Assembly (NCBI GenBank): GCA_964035545.1
Contig: OZ037769.1
Coordinates: 1,488,001 to 1,552,000 of the forward strand
Direction of reading: 5' to 3'
From: Bugula neritina
Taxonomy: Eukaryota > Animalia > Bryozoa
DNA length: 64,000 nucleotides
The notes under the pieces were generated by a model that saw only the letters and a list, made by a program, of their open reading frames with translations, did not search any database and was not told the origin of the DNA. A program made the translations under genes and the position numbers. Below are positions 25,901 through 38,300 of the stretch, in pieces (position 1 is the first letter of the stretch; each line of letters opens with the position of its first letter).

Positions 25901-27451
25901 TTATTGGGTAAGAATATACACTTTATATTTTACTGTAAACAGAAATTTAATTTAAAAAACAATAATGTTTATGTTATTGTAGCTGTAACTCTCATAATAA
26001 ATGTTCTTTTTGGATTGTATAACATATAATGTAATTACAATTTTCTTTTTAATTTCTAGACCAAAAAGATTTATGTCCTGCAAATGAAACAATGGGGCAA
26101 AGAAGTAATTCCAGCTAACACGTCCATGTTGAAATATCTGGAGACTTTAGATAATTATCAGAGAAAAAGTGGAGATAAAAGAATCTGTGTAATCAGTCTG
26201 TGAGTGTTCAACACAAATAAGTAAACTGCGTTTTGTTAACGGAGATTGGAAAAAATGCTGTCAAAAATCGGTTAAACGAACACATCTGCTTGAAAATTTG
26301 CTTGCAATTATATGATATAATATGATGTAGCATGATATAATATACAATAATATGATATAATATGGTATGATAAAATATAATATAATATAATGTAATATAA
26401 TAGAATATAATATAAACTAATACTATATAACATGATATATAATATGATATAATATAATATGATATAAACTAATATTACATAATATGATATAATATAATAT
26501 GGTGTGATATATTATAAAATAAACTGTGAAAATATAAAAAACGTAAAAGGTCATAAAATATTTTCCAGGTAACCCCTTAGACACACTTTGCCGTAACGTA
26601 GGCCGTAACAGCAAATGCCAGCCATTTTTACAAATGTCCGAACTTCCTGTACAGGGTTGCAGTACCTCAAGATCATGCACTGCCTGAGTCAAAAAAGTTG
26701 TGTCGGGCTCCTATTGGACAAATAGGCATTCGGGTCAACTCATTGGATATAAATGTCCAATGAGATGTCCTAGATCTTACCCAATAGTAGACTTTGAGGA
26801 CTTTAGCCCTGAAAAATTAAAAATGGCTAACATTTTACATTGCGGCCTATATGGTGCGACAAAGTGTGCCTAGAGAAATAAGATTGTTAAATACTAATTA
26901 TTCTTCATTGTATTCTGAATCACTTTTAGTGATGGGGGAGGTAAATGTGGCAGCTTCATCTGTGCTCACAATGCCGTGGAGAAGATGAAGACCGAGCAGG
27001 AAGTTGATTTGTACAGTACGGTAGTCGTAGCTCAATTGCGAAGACCTCAATTTGTAGGAAACTTGGTGAGAATATCGCAAATACGAGAGATGTATTACTA
27101 GAATAATTTTAAAATCTGTATAGTGCATCTATTATTTTTAAATTGTGTTGTTATATTATGTCTACCACTAAGTTCTTTTTTCTAGCATTTACATTTAGAA
27201 CAGATCAAATTAATTGTCATTTTTTTAGAATATAAGTTGCATAGTTAAACAAAACACTTGCAACCTATTGGTTGCATGTTCTATTACTATTATGGTAATA
27301 TTATAAAGCATTATATAATCAACCTATAACTGGATGGATCTGCTCATTTACTGTCTATGCTCTACTTAATTTGTAGAATGTGTATGTGAAGCTATACCGA
27401 CTGCTCGAAGATTTTGCAGAAAGTTTCTCAGACTATGCCAACTTTCAATAA
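1952..27451 (+). CDS. Receptor-type protein tyrosine phosphatase (F-type lectin-like + ~10 FN3 + TM + PTP D1/D2), 42 exons, ~1862 aa
   Basis: Exons: 1952-2003, 3857-4090, 4373-4618, 5680-5786, 6268-6415, 6728-6825, 8336-8567, 9134-9249, 10246-10411, 10525-10616, 10889-11099, 11590-11705, 11859-12030, 12657-12763, 13168-13357, 13761-13870, 14255-14438, 15004-15089, 15616-15841, 16646-16749, 17094-17271, 17668-17767, 18082-18352, 18556-18604, 19140-19236, 19516-19619, 20039-20163, 20471-20558, 20694-20767, 21198-21237, 21417-21514, 21707-21832, 22731-22879, 22989-23124, 23522-23680, 24241-24349, 24755-24834, 25409-25531, 25773-25907, 26060-26199, 26930-27065, 27377-27451. All are GT-AG, phase-compatible and stop-free. 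Signal peptide MDGQRAVLLLMLLSLSA; PTP motifs DFINASY, FIASQGP, DFWLMVW, KCEQYWP, WPDHGVP, PIVVHCSAGVGRTG, MVQT. Confidence 0.93.
3130..3385. repeat. Dispersed repeat, copy 1 (inverted homolog at 14455-14710)
   Basis: Colinear similarity to the reverse complement of 14455-14710 (tttagat.cagtagta...tttgggca...aatctagaac.cag...ttactgcc...cagacagtaaagtttag). Confidence 0.7.
3857..4618 (+). CDS. RPTP N-terminal F-type lectin (fucolectin)/F5-8 type C-like domain (2 exons)
   Basis: NVALNKATSSS...VVDG...NPWWRVDLGG...ITNINIY...LVLTEVEIYG matches the family motif pattern. Confidence 0.8.
5077..5492. mobile_element. MITE with ~120-bp TIRs and 9-bp TSD (Mutator-like)
   Basis: TIRs gcacgacatttcaaaaa...ggtctagtcc / gggctagacc...ttttgaaatgtcgtg are built of ~15-bp subrepeats. 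The direct repeat aaaattctc occurs at 5068-5076 and 5493-5501. Confidence 0.8.
5680..18352 (+). CDS. RPTP fibronectin type III array (about 10 two-exon repeats) with furin-type site in the last repeat
   Basis: Repeated P..AP.N...CV.L.W/Y...P..PNG...Y modules with a 1-0-1 exon phase pattern. SRKKRAA at ~18127-18147. The membrane-proximal YITAEL...FEVGDG...GGYLNEPLTPG..Y segment is typical of RPTPs. Confidence 0.85.
14455..14710. repeat. Dispersed repeat, copy 2 (inverted relative to 3130-3385)
   Basis: Same alignment as copy 1. Confidence 0.7.
15857..16290. repeat. 11-bp minisatellite (tattactactg/a)n
   Basis: Directly visible tandem array; explains the LLLYYYCITT ORF tails. Confidence 0.95.
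19140..19236 (+). CDS. RPTP transmembrane exon
   Basis: MIAIAVSLSILVVVVAVVIFIFMKR: hydrophobic helix followed by basic stop-transfer residues. Confidence 0.9.
19701..19880. repeat. 32-bp minisatellite, ~5.5 copies
   Basis: cagtaatactatactctgtataa(t/a)acactata starts at 19701, 19733, 19765, 19797, 19829 and 19861. Confidence 0.9.
20471..23680 (+). CDS. PTP D1 domain, predicted catalytically active
   Basis: WPD loop (22773-22781), HCSAGVGRTG split across the 22879/22989 junction, and QTEDQY Q-loop are all intact. Confidence 0.92.
24241..27451 (+). CDS. PTP D2 domain (pseudophosphatase) and C-terminal SDYANFQ
   Basis: KNRD, YINAVFV, FIATQLPL, DFWQMI are present. WPD is replaced by WGK and the P-loop reads ISLDGGGKCG, lacking the catalytic Cys and Arg. 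Confidence 0.88.
26309..26515. repeat. (ATATA/ATATG)n pentamer low-complexity tract
   Basis: Directly visible. Confidence 0.85.
26573..26875 (+). mobile_element. ~300-bp MITE family, copy 1
   Basis: Colinear with 31295-31593 and with the reverse complement of 42259-42558; TIR cccc...cacact / agtgtg. Confidence 0.75.
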
Positions 27452-27505
27452 TTCTCAGACTATGCCAACTTTCAATAATTCTCAGACTATGCCATTTTTC
27501 AATAA
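27425..27505 (+). repeat. 3 x 27-bp tandem repeat spanning the RPTP stop codon
   Basis: ttctcagactatgccaactttcaataa twice, then ttctcagactatgccatttttcaataa. Confidence 0.97.
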
Positions 27506-29349
27506 GTTTTTCATTAAAACAAGGTTTTTGTCAAGAAAATAACATTTTTTAAACGGGCACTAATTTTTTTCAATGCTAAAAGTTACTATACTCGCTAATA
27601 GCTCTCTTTAACTGTAGTTACTGCTTATTAACTAATTTAACAACTATAATTAGTAACTGGCTATATAATTTAATTACTAATTACTGTATCTAGTTTTTAT
27701 ATATTTAATTTTTTGCTTTGATTTTAGGCAAAGTTTTAGTACGCAGTTTTTATGTTATAAAACAAGAATATATATAAATATATATATATAAACAGCTTTG
27801 ACATATCTACTCCAAATGCTATATTAAATTACGTAGGATACATATCAGTAGGCCTATACCCAATCATGTGATACACAGCAATCTATTTTAGTTTCTTTTA
27901 CAATATCAGGCTTTTAACTAACAGTCTTCTTGTATAATAATTTTTGCATTTTATTTTGATAAATTGTTTAATAATGTTTTAATTATTTTTGATTGATATT
28001 ATAAATGTATTTACTATATAACTGCTGCATGTAAATCTTTCTATTTTGTAGATAAGTTGATACTATAATAGTATGCGTAGAATTGTTTATTATATTTTTA
28101 TAATATAAATTAACAATTAATTTAATTTTATCAATTTAGCTAAAATAATATTTCTTAGATATTGTAAAATAATGTCATAATATAAGACAATTATTGTTTA
28201 TATCCGGACCAAATAAAAATCACATTATTCCTCTAAGAATATGTTTTATTTTTGTGTTGCATCAGCTGCAAACACTCAGTAATTGCTGTCTTAGATGTTG
28301 ACATGTCATTGGTTCAATATGAATAGCCACATGTTGTTATTGTGTACTCATGCAAACTATGAGTTCTTATAGGTAATATAAACTGCTTGTATTCATTAGA
28401 AAGCTACTTATTAAAGTGAAAAGATAGCTTGAAAGTGACCAAATAAGCAAAGTTTCATAAGAAATAGCAATAATTTTCAAACTATCAGCAACTGATGAAC
28501 AAGTTTACTATAATAATTTTCTACAGCTAAATGTTTGCATAACTGCATGAACAATTTTTTAGAATGGGTAACCTTTTTATTTTTAAGAGTCTGTGTCACT
28601 ATATATAGCAGTTAGGATGTAAACATAAATATATACCTGTATAACTAAGGTATACAAATAATTTGTTAGATTTCACTCATTATTAATGCATACAATTCTA
28701 TGGCTATTTTTTCATAATTGTAACCATAGCTGGGTTTATAAACATTAGCGTTACAACTATTACCGTACTAGCTTATAATATACCTACTGCAGTTAAAAAT
28801 AGCACATGGCTATGTCATCATCAAGTAAAATTCAGCTGTCTCCATAGGTAAAGCTAAAAGTTTTACTTCAAATGTTAATTTCTTTTCAGGTGACATCAAA
28901 ATTTTTAGATTTTTATTTATAATTTATCTAGTTTTGCATTGCAGCCACTATATATCTTGTCATCTACATGCAATTCATAACACGTATGTATTATATCTGA
29001 GTCTAACGCATATATGCACTATATTTCATTTGCTCTATTATATCTTATATGCATACTAATACTGTTTTACAAATGATAGAATTACAATGTAAGAAAAACA
29101 ATTAATGTGCACATCTGTGCAAATAATACTTTCCGTAATCTAAGAACCTATAGAATTATAAATCGCAGGCTTTGATATAAATATGATATTATATTTGCAT
29201 AAGTGTTTTAGTATGTATGGCTGTACAGGTATAGTATAGTAGAAAAATAAGCTTTGTATAAGTTTTTGTTACAGTCCTTGAGTCGTTTACAAAGGAGAGA
29301 GTAAAAGCAGTTGTGCATTGAGTTATTGCATCATATGCATGCAGTCAGC

Positions 29350-32300
29350 ATGCTGCTCTACTTCATCACGTTATGTCTTTCCTGTGTAGGGAGTTGTAGC
29401 ACCTCTGGTACGTATAGAGCTCATGAGTCATAATATTTATCGCAATTTCTTTTTGCTGTGAAAGAATTTTTTTTTGGTAAAACAAGGAATGAATTTTGTG
29501 CATTATTTATAAAGCTCTGAATTAGATAACCAGAACAGAGGATTTTATTTATAACCATGCACAAGATAAATTTTTATAGTCTTAATAAAAACAGTACATG
29601 AGTTTTTAAAACTCAGTTTTTTATGAATTTTCAAGCAAAATAGCTTCTTGTACTTTAAGTTGTACCTGTAGTTATATGCACGTTAGCATGATAATTTACA
29701 TATAAATACACCTAAAATCTAAAGCATCTACTGTTGGAATTCTATAAATATGCTTTAATTTGACATGAAGATCGGACACAATATTTGTTCTTAGAAACCA
29801 AACAAACCATGTTATGTTTTTAAGTCACACTGCAATTAACCAGATTCTGCTTGCTTACAGCTTGTCAATAAATATACTTTCATTGTAGGAGAACCGTTTT
29901 ATTTATATGCATAGAGATTTACAGGAAATTTTACAAAATTCAATTACATATTTATAAAATAAATTACACTTCAAAATTTGAACTAAAGTTAGGTCAAATC
30001 TCTATATTAAGCTAAATAAAGATATATTTGTTGCCTTTTCATGATGCAAGGTATGATGCAATTGTTGCGTAAGACATGGTTATCCCAATAGATAAATTAT
30101 GATGTCTGGGTAATAAGATCATGTTCAAGTGAAAGGAACCAATTCTTGTTGATGCAACACTCTACTATAAGTTGGGTTGCTTTCAGATGCACCCGCTTAC
30201 TTCATGGTGATAGGAGAGGAATATTCTGCATGTGATTCTGCACAACAGGCCTTCGTCAACAGCGTCATCAATAAGACCAATAATGAGTCTAATGAAATCA
30301 AAGTTGGTAAGCTGATAAAATATATAAATAAATTAAAATATTTTTGCTTTATGATTGAAATCAAAATTTTATTTGAACTCTAATTCACACAAGCCACTTT
30401 TTTAAGCTTTTGAAAACTGTTTTAACCAGATCTTCTAAACAAATTGCATCTTTATAAATTTACATACACTTTACAGCAAGGCTGTTTGTCAAAATCAAAC
30501 TTTCTCAGCAGTAATTGCTTCACCATCTGGTTTTACTTGTTTACACGTAATGTGTCTAAAATAAACTAAAGTTGTTTGCAAAGTAATGTACTTTCAATTG
30601 TACAGTTGAAATTAATACAATTTTTGTAACCAAACAAATTTCTAAAGAAGTTTTATTTTTTTATTTTTGATGGCTTATAAAACTTTCTTTGAAGGTGGAA
30701 TGTAACATTGTATTACAATTAGATACTTAGGAGTAATATGTTTTCATGAACAATATCTGTTGCTCTTACGAGCAATATATGGAGCTCATTTACCACTTAA
30801 TTATTGTACCAGTCACTATGTTGAGCTCATATAACTATATTCATTAATTTACATGAATAATGGAAAAATATATTTGGCTTGAAAATTACTGATGAATAAA
30901 ATTTTATTGTCTTCAACTCAAGGCCATGTTTTCTGGTCTTATCATAATATCTCACTCTTAGTATATGTCAACATCATACTACTACCTGCAGGAGTAGAGT
31001 ACATACCTGACTATGATGACAATAGTATTACCAGGTTACACGTGGCAGCAGAGATTTCAAGGTATTCCAACTCCCAGGTGTGTCCTGGAGACAGCATCAG
31101 TCAGTCAGCAAACTTCAACAGCACTTTAATAGGTATTGTTTGTTTGTATTCTAATGCTTTATTATTATATATATGCTATTTATCGTATATAGTGTTATGT
31201 TAAGCTTTTACGGCACTCTAACATGTATCTTCGTATATATTTTATTCTTTTTTTACTATATATGTTATGATTACGATATTGTAATAAACTTTAACCCCTC
31301 ATTCACACTTACCGTACCGTAGGCTGTATCAGCAAATATCAGCCATTTTTATAAGTGTCTGAGCTTCCTGTACGGCATTGCGATACGTTAGGATCAAGTA
31401 CTGCTTGATTCAAAAATGTTGCAGCGAACTCCTATTAGACCAAAAACTTTTGCGTTAACTCATTTGATATAACTGTTTAATGAAGTGTCATAGATCGTAC
31501 CTAATGGCGGACTTTGAGAACTTCAGCGTAGACACATTAAAAATGGCTGATATTTTACGCTACTTCCTACGATGCGTAAAGCGTGAATGAAGGTTGATGG
31601 AGCTTTAATCAGTGTTGTGTGTATATCGTATCTATTTCAACAGTCAATAATATTATGATAAAATAATAATTACATTTATTTATATAACTGTTAAAGTTTG
31701 AAACCTAAACAAAATAAAAAATTTCATCTGAAAAAATCTAAAATGTTCGGCTCTACGTTACAGTTAGGTTAGGTTACAGAACTTGTATTATTAGTTGGAT
31801 AAATGCATAATATACTGAAGATTGAATTATATAATACCTAGAACAGCTTTGAAGTAGTTACTTAAGGAAATATAACAGGATTAATGTAATAGATATACAC
31901 ACTCTTACATTTAGAATATCAAACATTTACTTTTATTCCTTATATTATTTGCATATACTTACTCCCTACGGTATATTACATAAGTATTTCCTTCTATGGT
32001 AAGTGCATGCCTCTTTGAATATAGAGTATGTTTGTTTTAAGCATTATTACAGGGAAAGAGGGAAAAAATTATTTTTTGTGAAGGTCAAAAATATCTACAG
32101 TAACTTTGAGTTTGCATATTTATCTTCATTGAAATTTTTTGGATAGAAAACTTACTGTAAAAAGCTGGAAATATGATGAGGTTTGAGTTGAAACTAAGTT
32201 GAAATCTTGAATTACTAAATGTTGCTCAGATATACAAAAAGCACTTCACAACTAAATTGGAAGTAAAACTGCACTGCCACATGCTATTGTCATGTTTACT

Positions 32301-35300
32301 AAATCCTTACATCCTATTTTCTCTGATGCTTGCATGTATAAATACAGTATGAATATCTCCAAAATCTGTTTACTGTAAATAAGTTGGTAGTAAAAGCAGT
32401 TTTAGTTCAACATTCAATAAGCTTTTAGTATTGTTTTTTTCAAATGAAGGCTGCTAAATTTATAGTTACTGCATGAATTATAGATATTGACTCTCTTATT
32501 ATATTGTCTGCCTAAACGTATGCAACAAACTAATTATTAGGATGTGAAGCAAGAATATTCAGTGTAACTACTAGACACATCTGATTGTATTTATCTCACC
32601 TGTAGGTGTCATCAGCCTAGTCAACAGGGTGTATGGAGATATGAAGAATTACTGGCCTAATGTTTCAGTGCCCATCATTTTTATTGGTGAAACCAATATT
32701 CCAGCCAACCTATCACACAACGTGTTAGACACTGGAGTCCAGCTGACTCATCGTGCTAAGGTATGCCTACAATGACACGCTCTTTAGACAATTCAGCTGT
32801 TACATGCTAGTTGTGCAAGTAGAGTATATATTATAGCAGCATCCTCTAATTGGTTACGAAGAAAAGCTTGAAGTTTGAAGTAATTATATAACTTGTGAAT
32901 TTTTTTTCGCAGAAATGCATCAGTTAGCATAAATGTATTTGAATGCTTGAAGAATATCAAACAGTTTTAACATATCTCTATCAGAAAATAAATAGTCATA
33001 ATTACATCATATAGGTGGCTACAATGCCTTAAAACAGTTTTGCTTTTAGTGCTAGTGTTCAATGTTTTAGAAATATTGAAAAAATGAACAAAAAAAAGGT
33101 TTTTAAATATAGCTTAAGTCTTTATGCTTGACACACCAATACTCTATTCGAAATACTTGCTAATTTGCTTAAGAAAATTTTTTTTTCAATTTTTATGGAT
33201 GCGATAAACCATAAATCAGCATTAAATAAATAAAAGGTAATGTATATTATAATTCCATAGGCTATAGCAGAGCTGGCAGCTAAACTCAACTTTGACTACG
33301 TCTCAGTAGCTCACAGTTCAGATTCAACTAGTAAAGAGCTGAGGAATTTGCTAGAAAAGGAGCTGAAAGACCACTCTGTCTGTGTGGAGGACTGTCTTGG
33401 TGTAATACACAACAGCACTGACACGGAACTCGCAAATGACATCGTCAGGAATTGCACAGCAAAAGCAGCTATTATAATAATGATGTCAAGGTCACATGAA
33501 TGTAAATATAATTTTGTTAACATTTAGCCTGCTTTTTAAAAGTTTTAAATTGTTTCAAAATTTATCTTAGATTTTCGTCTTCAAGGCAAAACAGATGTTT
33601 AAGCAGTTTGGTCTTCTAAGGACTTGTCTATATCTAATATTCTAGATATACATTCAGCTAGATCAGCTGAAGCTCAGCAAAATTCTCTAAATATATTACG
33701 AGGCAGTCCAAAAGTCTGTCTTGCTGTCACAGTTTTAGTAAAACAAGTGGCAATAAGTTTTATTCTGACAAGAACCAAAACCTTAGCAGCCGTTGATTAT
33801 CTTTATACTTATACCTTTCATAACTGATGGCATCATTTTGATGTAATATGTCCGTGTTATTTAAATTAATAGTGCGGCATTAGAGATTTAATTTGGCTAT
33901 CACTTTTTGTTTTAGTGAATTTATTTCACAACAATAATGAAGGAACAAGTTGGATAGTGTCTACAAAATTTGACTTGCCGATTAGAAAGAAGCGTCAAGA
34001 CCAAGTATACTTGTTGAGCCGCGGTAATGGCTCCCAAACATTGAACTATGACAAACTCGAATCTGTCCTCCGATTGGGTAGTCAATCCATGAGAGAGATC
34101 ATAAAAACTCAATGTGGAAATGACATCACAGATTGTGACGACCTTCAGCAGCAAATGCTCAGCCATTTGCAAACAAGAAAAGCTGCTTCTAAAAATCAGG
34201 ATACTGACAAAACCCCTGCTGCTGTTTTAATGCCAGAACCTTCCAACTTTTATCTTTCTCACCTAAATGTTAGTAAACTCATCTTTGTATAACTTCCTAA
34301 TCACTGCAGTTGCTCAACATGATAATATTTATTGTAAACCTGCCAGCTAACTAAAACAAAAACATTTGTATAATTTTATACAAACTTTTCACAGTTTTTC
34401 ATCTTTTTAATGAATAATAAAGAAATATTTTAAAGTATATTTTTGTCATAGCATGATCCGCAAATGTTGTAGTTACATTATACGCCCTCTGGTGGTTGGG
34501 GGACTTCCACTATCTTTAATAAAAGCAGAGCAGCCTGGTGTACAAGTGACAGATGCAGACAGGTGTGTGCTGGTCAAATTACAGAAAGAAACTACATTTA
34601 CCTGCCAGGAGATTATGTCATCATTGTCACTATGCCAGTCTTTGACAGGTTGTTACTAATTTATTTTGTTTATTGCTATGTTTTTGTAAATAATTTTCAT
34701 ATTTGCCAAGCTAAGTTACTAATTTAATACCCGCCATTAACTTATACATCTGAACATTAAACCAAATCTTGCAAAGTTACAAGAATACTATCTTTTGTAC
34801 TACATGAGGAAGCTATATTATATACTTTTAGCATTCATGCCAAGAAAAACAGAATTTCGTTAGAACATAATACTTTACAGCTTTTCCTTTCAACAGAAAT
34901 TTGTTGCATGATACTGTATTTAACAAGTATTTTGTAATACTGTAAAATTATTTCAAGTGTAATATATTTACCAATAGGCACTATATAAAAAGCAAAAATC
35001 ACTTTAAGATTTCTTTCGCTGTAAACATTTATTTTGCTTGTTTATTTTCTAGCATTTATTTATGAAACGTATTAGGTTGTCTAGGTCTTAACAGTATAAT
35101 AACAGAATCCTGCTCTTTTGCTAAAAAACAATTTTGTAGACATAACGACTATCCCGACCTCTTGACCTGCATAGATTTTGATAAAGATGGAACAAGCACT
35201 TTGAGATCTGAAGCAGTAATTTTTGCTCGCAAACAACTCAATAAAATTTTTGGTGACAAAGGTTTGAACATTGGATTACTCATATTTGACACTTGCTTCA

Positions 35301-38300
35301 ACTCTGCTCTTGCCCAGAAAACACTGATTGATATTTTATATGGCACAAGAGACTATTGTAATAGATATGGAGATTGTTTAGACCGTTCTAAGATTGTGGG
35401 GTTAATGGGAGATTACTCCAGCCACATCACTTATCAGGTGAGCGTAACATTGGTTTATGAGATGAACAAAAATTAAATTATTCTAATATATCACAATAAT
35501 ATAGTAATCAGCAGCGGTAGTGTAGAGGTTAGAGCGTTTGCTTGGTAAAGACGGGTTCGAACCCCCGACAAAGGCTATTGGTAGCCTATTGGTAGGAAGA
35601 GCATTTAGTCATAATTGCTCCTGAATAAGTATTTTGCCGGTTTGAAAGAAACCCTTTTCATCAGGGGTTTCTCACAGAGATGGCGACTATAAACTTGCGT
35701 GAGGATATAGCAATTATGCTGCTTAACACATGCCTGTTTAGAGTTTTAGTTAGGCTGTTCAAAAAATCATTGCTTTACGTGATTCAGTATAGTGGCGTAA
35801 AAGAACAACTCAAATGTTAACCTAGATTATATTAAGTTTAAAATGTTGTTTGTTGAAATACTTCTCACTAATGATGTGATTCTGCTGGTTCATAGACGCA
35901 ACCATTAATAATGGCGACTAACCTTGTCCAAGTCTCCTTTGGAGCCTCTACTTGGAAGTTGGACAACAAGATTGACACTAACACCCACTTCTTAAGAGTC
36001 CAACCTTCTTTCACTAAACTGGCCAAGAATGTGCGTCAACTAGTAAAGTTTATGCAAGATTCAGACAAGGCTGACATCAACTCTTACATTCTCATCTACA
36101 CAACTTCTGAGTATGGAGAAAGTGGTGCAGCTGTAGGTCTACTTCTTTTGCTTAAGTTGTGTATTTTGATCTAACTTTGTATATTTTTTTATTTTGTAGT
36201 TATTCTAAAAGGAATTTTAAAAAAAATTATATTTTATTAGTTATCAGTTGCTAATTGCTGATTGCAAGCTTCTATTTGCTAGTTGTTGACAAAAGATATC
36301 ATTAATCTTTTTGAATTATTTTTTATTCTATTAAAAAAAGTTGCAATAAATAGAAAAATATTTAAAGTCTAAAAGAATTCTATTTTTGAATTTAATCGTA
36401 ATTGAATTCTCTCTTTTAGAGAGTTGACGCGGAGCTGAAGCAGCATGGGCTATGCCTGTTAAAGAAATATCTATTAGATTACACCAAAAATGATACTGAA
36501 GCGTACGATTCCTTGTGGAAAGATCTGTCCAGCATTGGCACAAGCAGCTATATGGCCATCTTTATTGGCGAAGAAAAAGTTAGTCAAATTATTTCTTCAG
36601 CGCTACATGCAATAATTGTAAAACCGTTGTTGAGAAATTTTTGAAAGGGTAGAGTAGTTTTATATTGTTTCTCACAAAATCTTCTGTTAAATAATTTGAG
36701 AGATTAGATTATAGTTTTAACTCTAATATAAATGCAAATTTTATTCAGACTTTAGAAAACCTGCTGAATAGACTTCAGACCAATGAAGGCACTGGATGGA
36801 GAGATTGGTGGATTCACAGCGGGAGTATACTTGTTATGCTTGAGTTATTCGAAGAGTCGCCAGAAACCAAAAACAAATATGGAAGCCTGCTACGAGGATC
36901 AATGGTTATCAGCATTGACCCAATATTCAAGGTACCTCATTTTGTTTTGAAATTCTAGAATCATTCGTTTAATAAAAATGTTAGTGCAATATAATAACAT
37001 ATTGTAATATAATAATATTATAACATATGGTGGTGATATGAACTCCCGAACCTCAATGTTTTGAAGTAAAAATAATGCACAAATTTTTCACCCAGTGAAA
37101 ATACTAATAGTTCTTAACTAAAATAAAAGTTTTCCAAATTTGATGTCTTTTCAGCATATTGCAAAAAGTTAATAATAGTGTTTTATTTATTTGCCTTTAT
37201 CTATAGTGGCACTACGTTAATCAAACTTATATTTTTATATTGAAACATCACCAGTAAAATCACACCTCAAGACTCGTATAACTTAGCTTTTATATTACAG
37301 ACTCCTGAATTCATTAAACACTTGGAAAGCCTGAGACCTACCCCTGACTTTCTCAGTAACCTTTGGTTTACAAGAATGTATCAAGAGAAACGAAAGTGCA
37401 AGATTAGGGGCTCATTCGTCAGCCCCTACAGCACACCATGTCCAAAGAATGAAAGCTACTCCATATTTGGGGTATACACAGCTGAGACGTATGCAAAGTT
37501 GTCAATCGAGTCTTTGTACGCCTTCGTCTACGGCTTTCATAATTATGCGCTTGAGGTATGTCGAACCAACTTTACCTGCCCACAGCTTTACGAGAGAAAC
37601 AAAGTATCATCTCAGATGTTGAAAGACCACATACAGAAAGTAAAGTTACCAGAATCTGACGAAAGTGACTCTTTTACTCCGGAGACAGATACGCTGGCAC
37701 CTTTCAACTCGAATTATGATGGCAAACTGGGATACAAAGTGTTTAGTATTCAACATGACGGTTCTCACAACCAACAAGTGAAATATGTAAAGATAGTCAA
37801 ATTCGTTGCAAATCACAATGACTCTGAACTGGATAGCCTTTCACCAGTCGTGTTGAATTTTACGTTTTATAAAGGCGTTGATGTGTTGAATAAATTTGAT
37901 GGGATGCACTGTGAAGTTAATGTATGCATGTCAAACTGCGTACATGCTGCATTTAGTACATCTTCTACTGCTTTACCAGATGATAAGGCAAAGAATTTGC
38001 TTCCAGTTGCCTTTGGAGTTCCACTATCGGTGTTTGTCATAATCACCATACTTTTGTTAGCAAGACTGTTATGGCAGAGGCTTAACCACCATGGTATGCG
38101 TTGGTTTAAAAGTTCATCTCACTAAACTTAGTTAAATGTTTTTTTTTCAATTTTCTTTCACTTTTTGCGAGCAGCTGGTTAAACATGCAATTTTAATTCT
38201 TTTTATTTTCACTAATTAAATACTCAAATTAGTGTTTTATTGTAATCAAAGTTTGTATATTATTATATCATGAATTTTTAGAAAGAGCTCAGAATGAAGA

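Noticed and set aside
35636-35670. Minus-strand CTGATGA...CAAAC as another hammerhead
   Set aside because: The GAAA core is absent (CAAA) and there is no convincing stem I or III.
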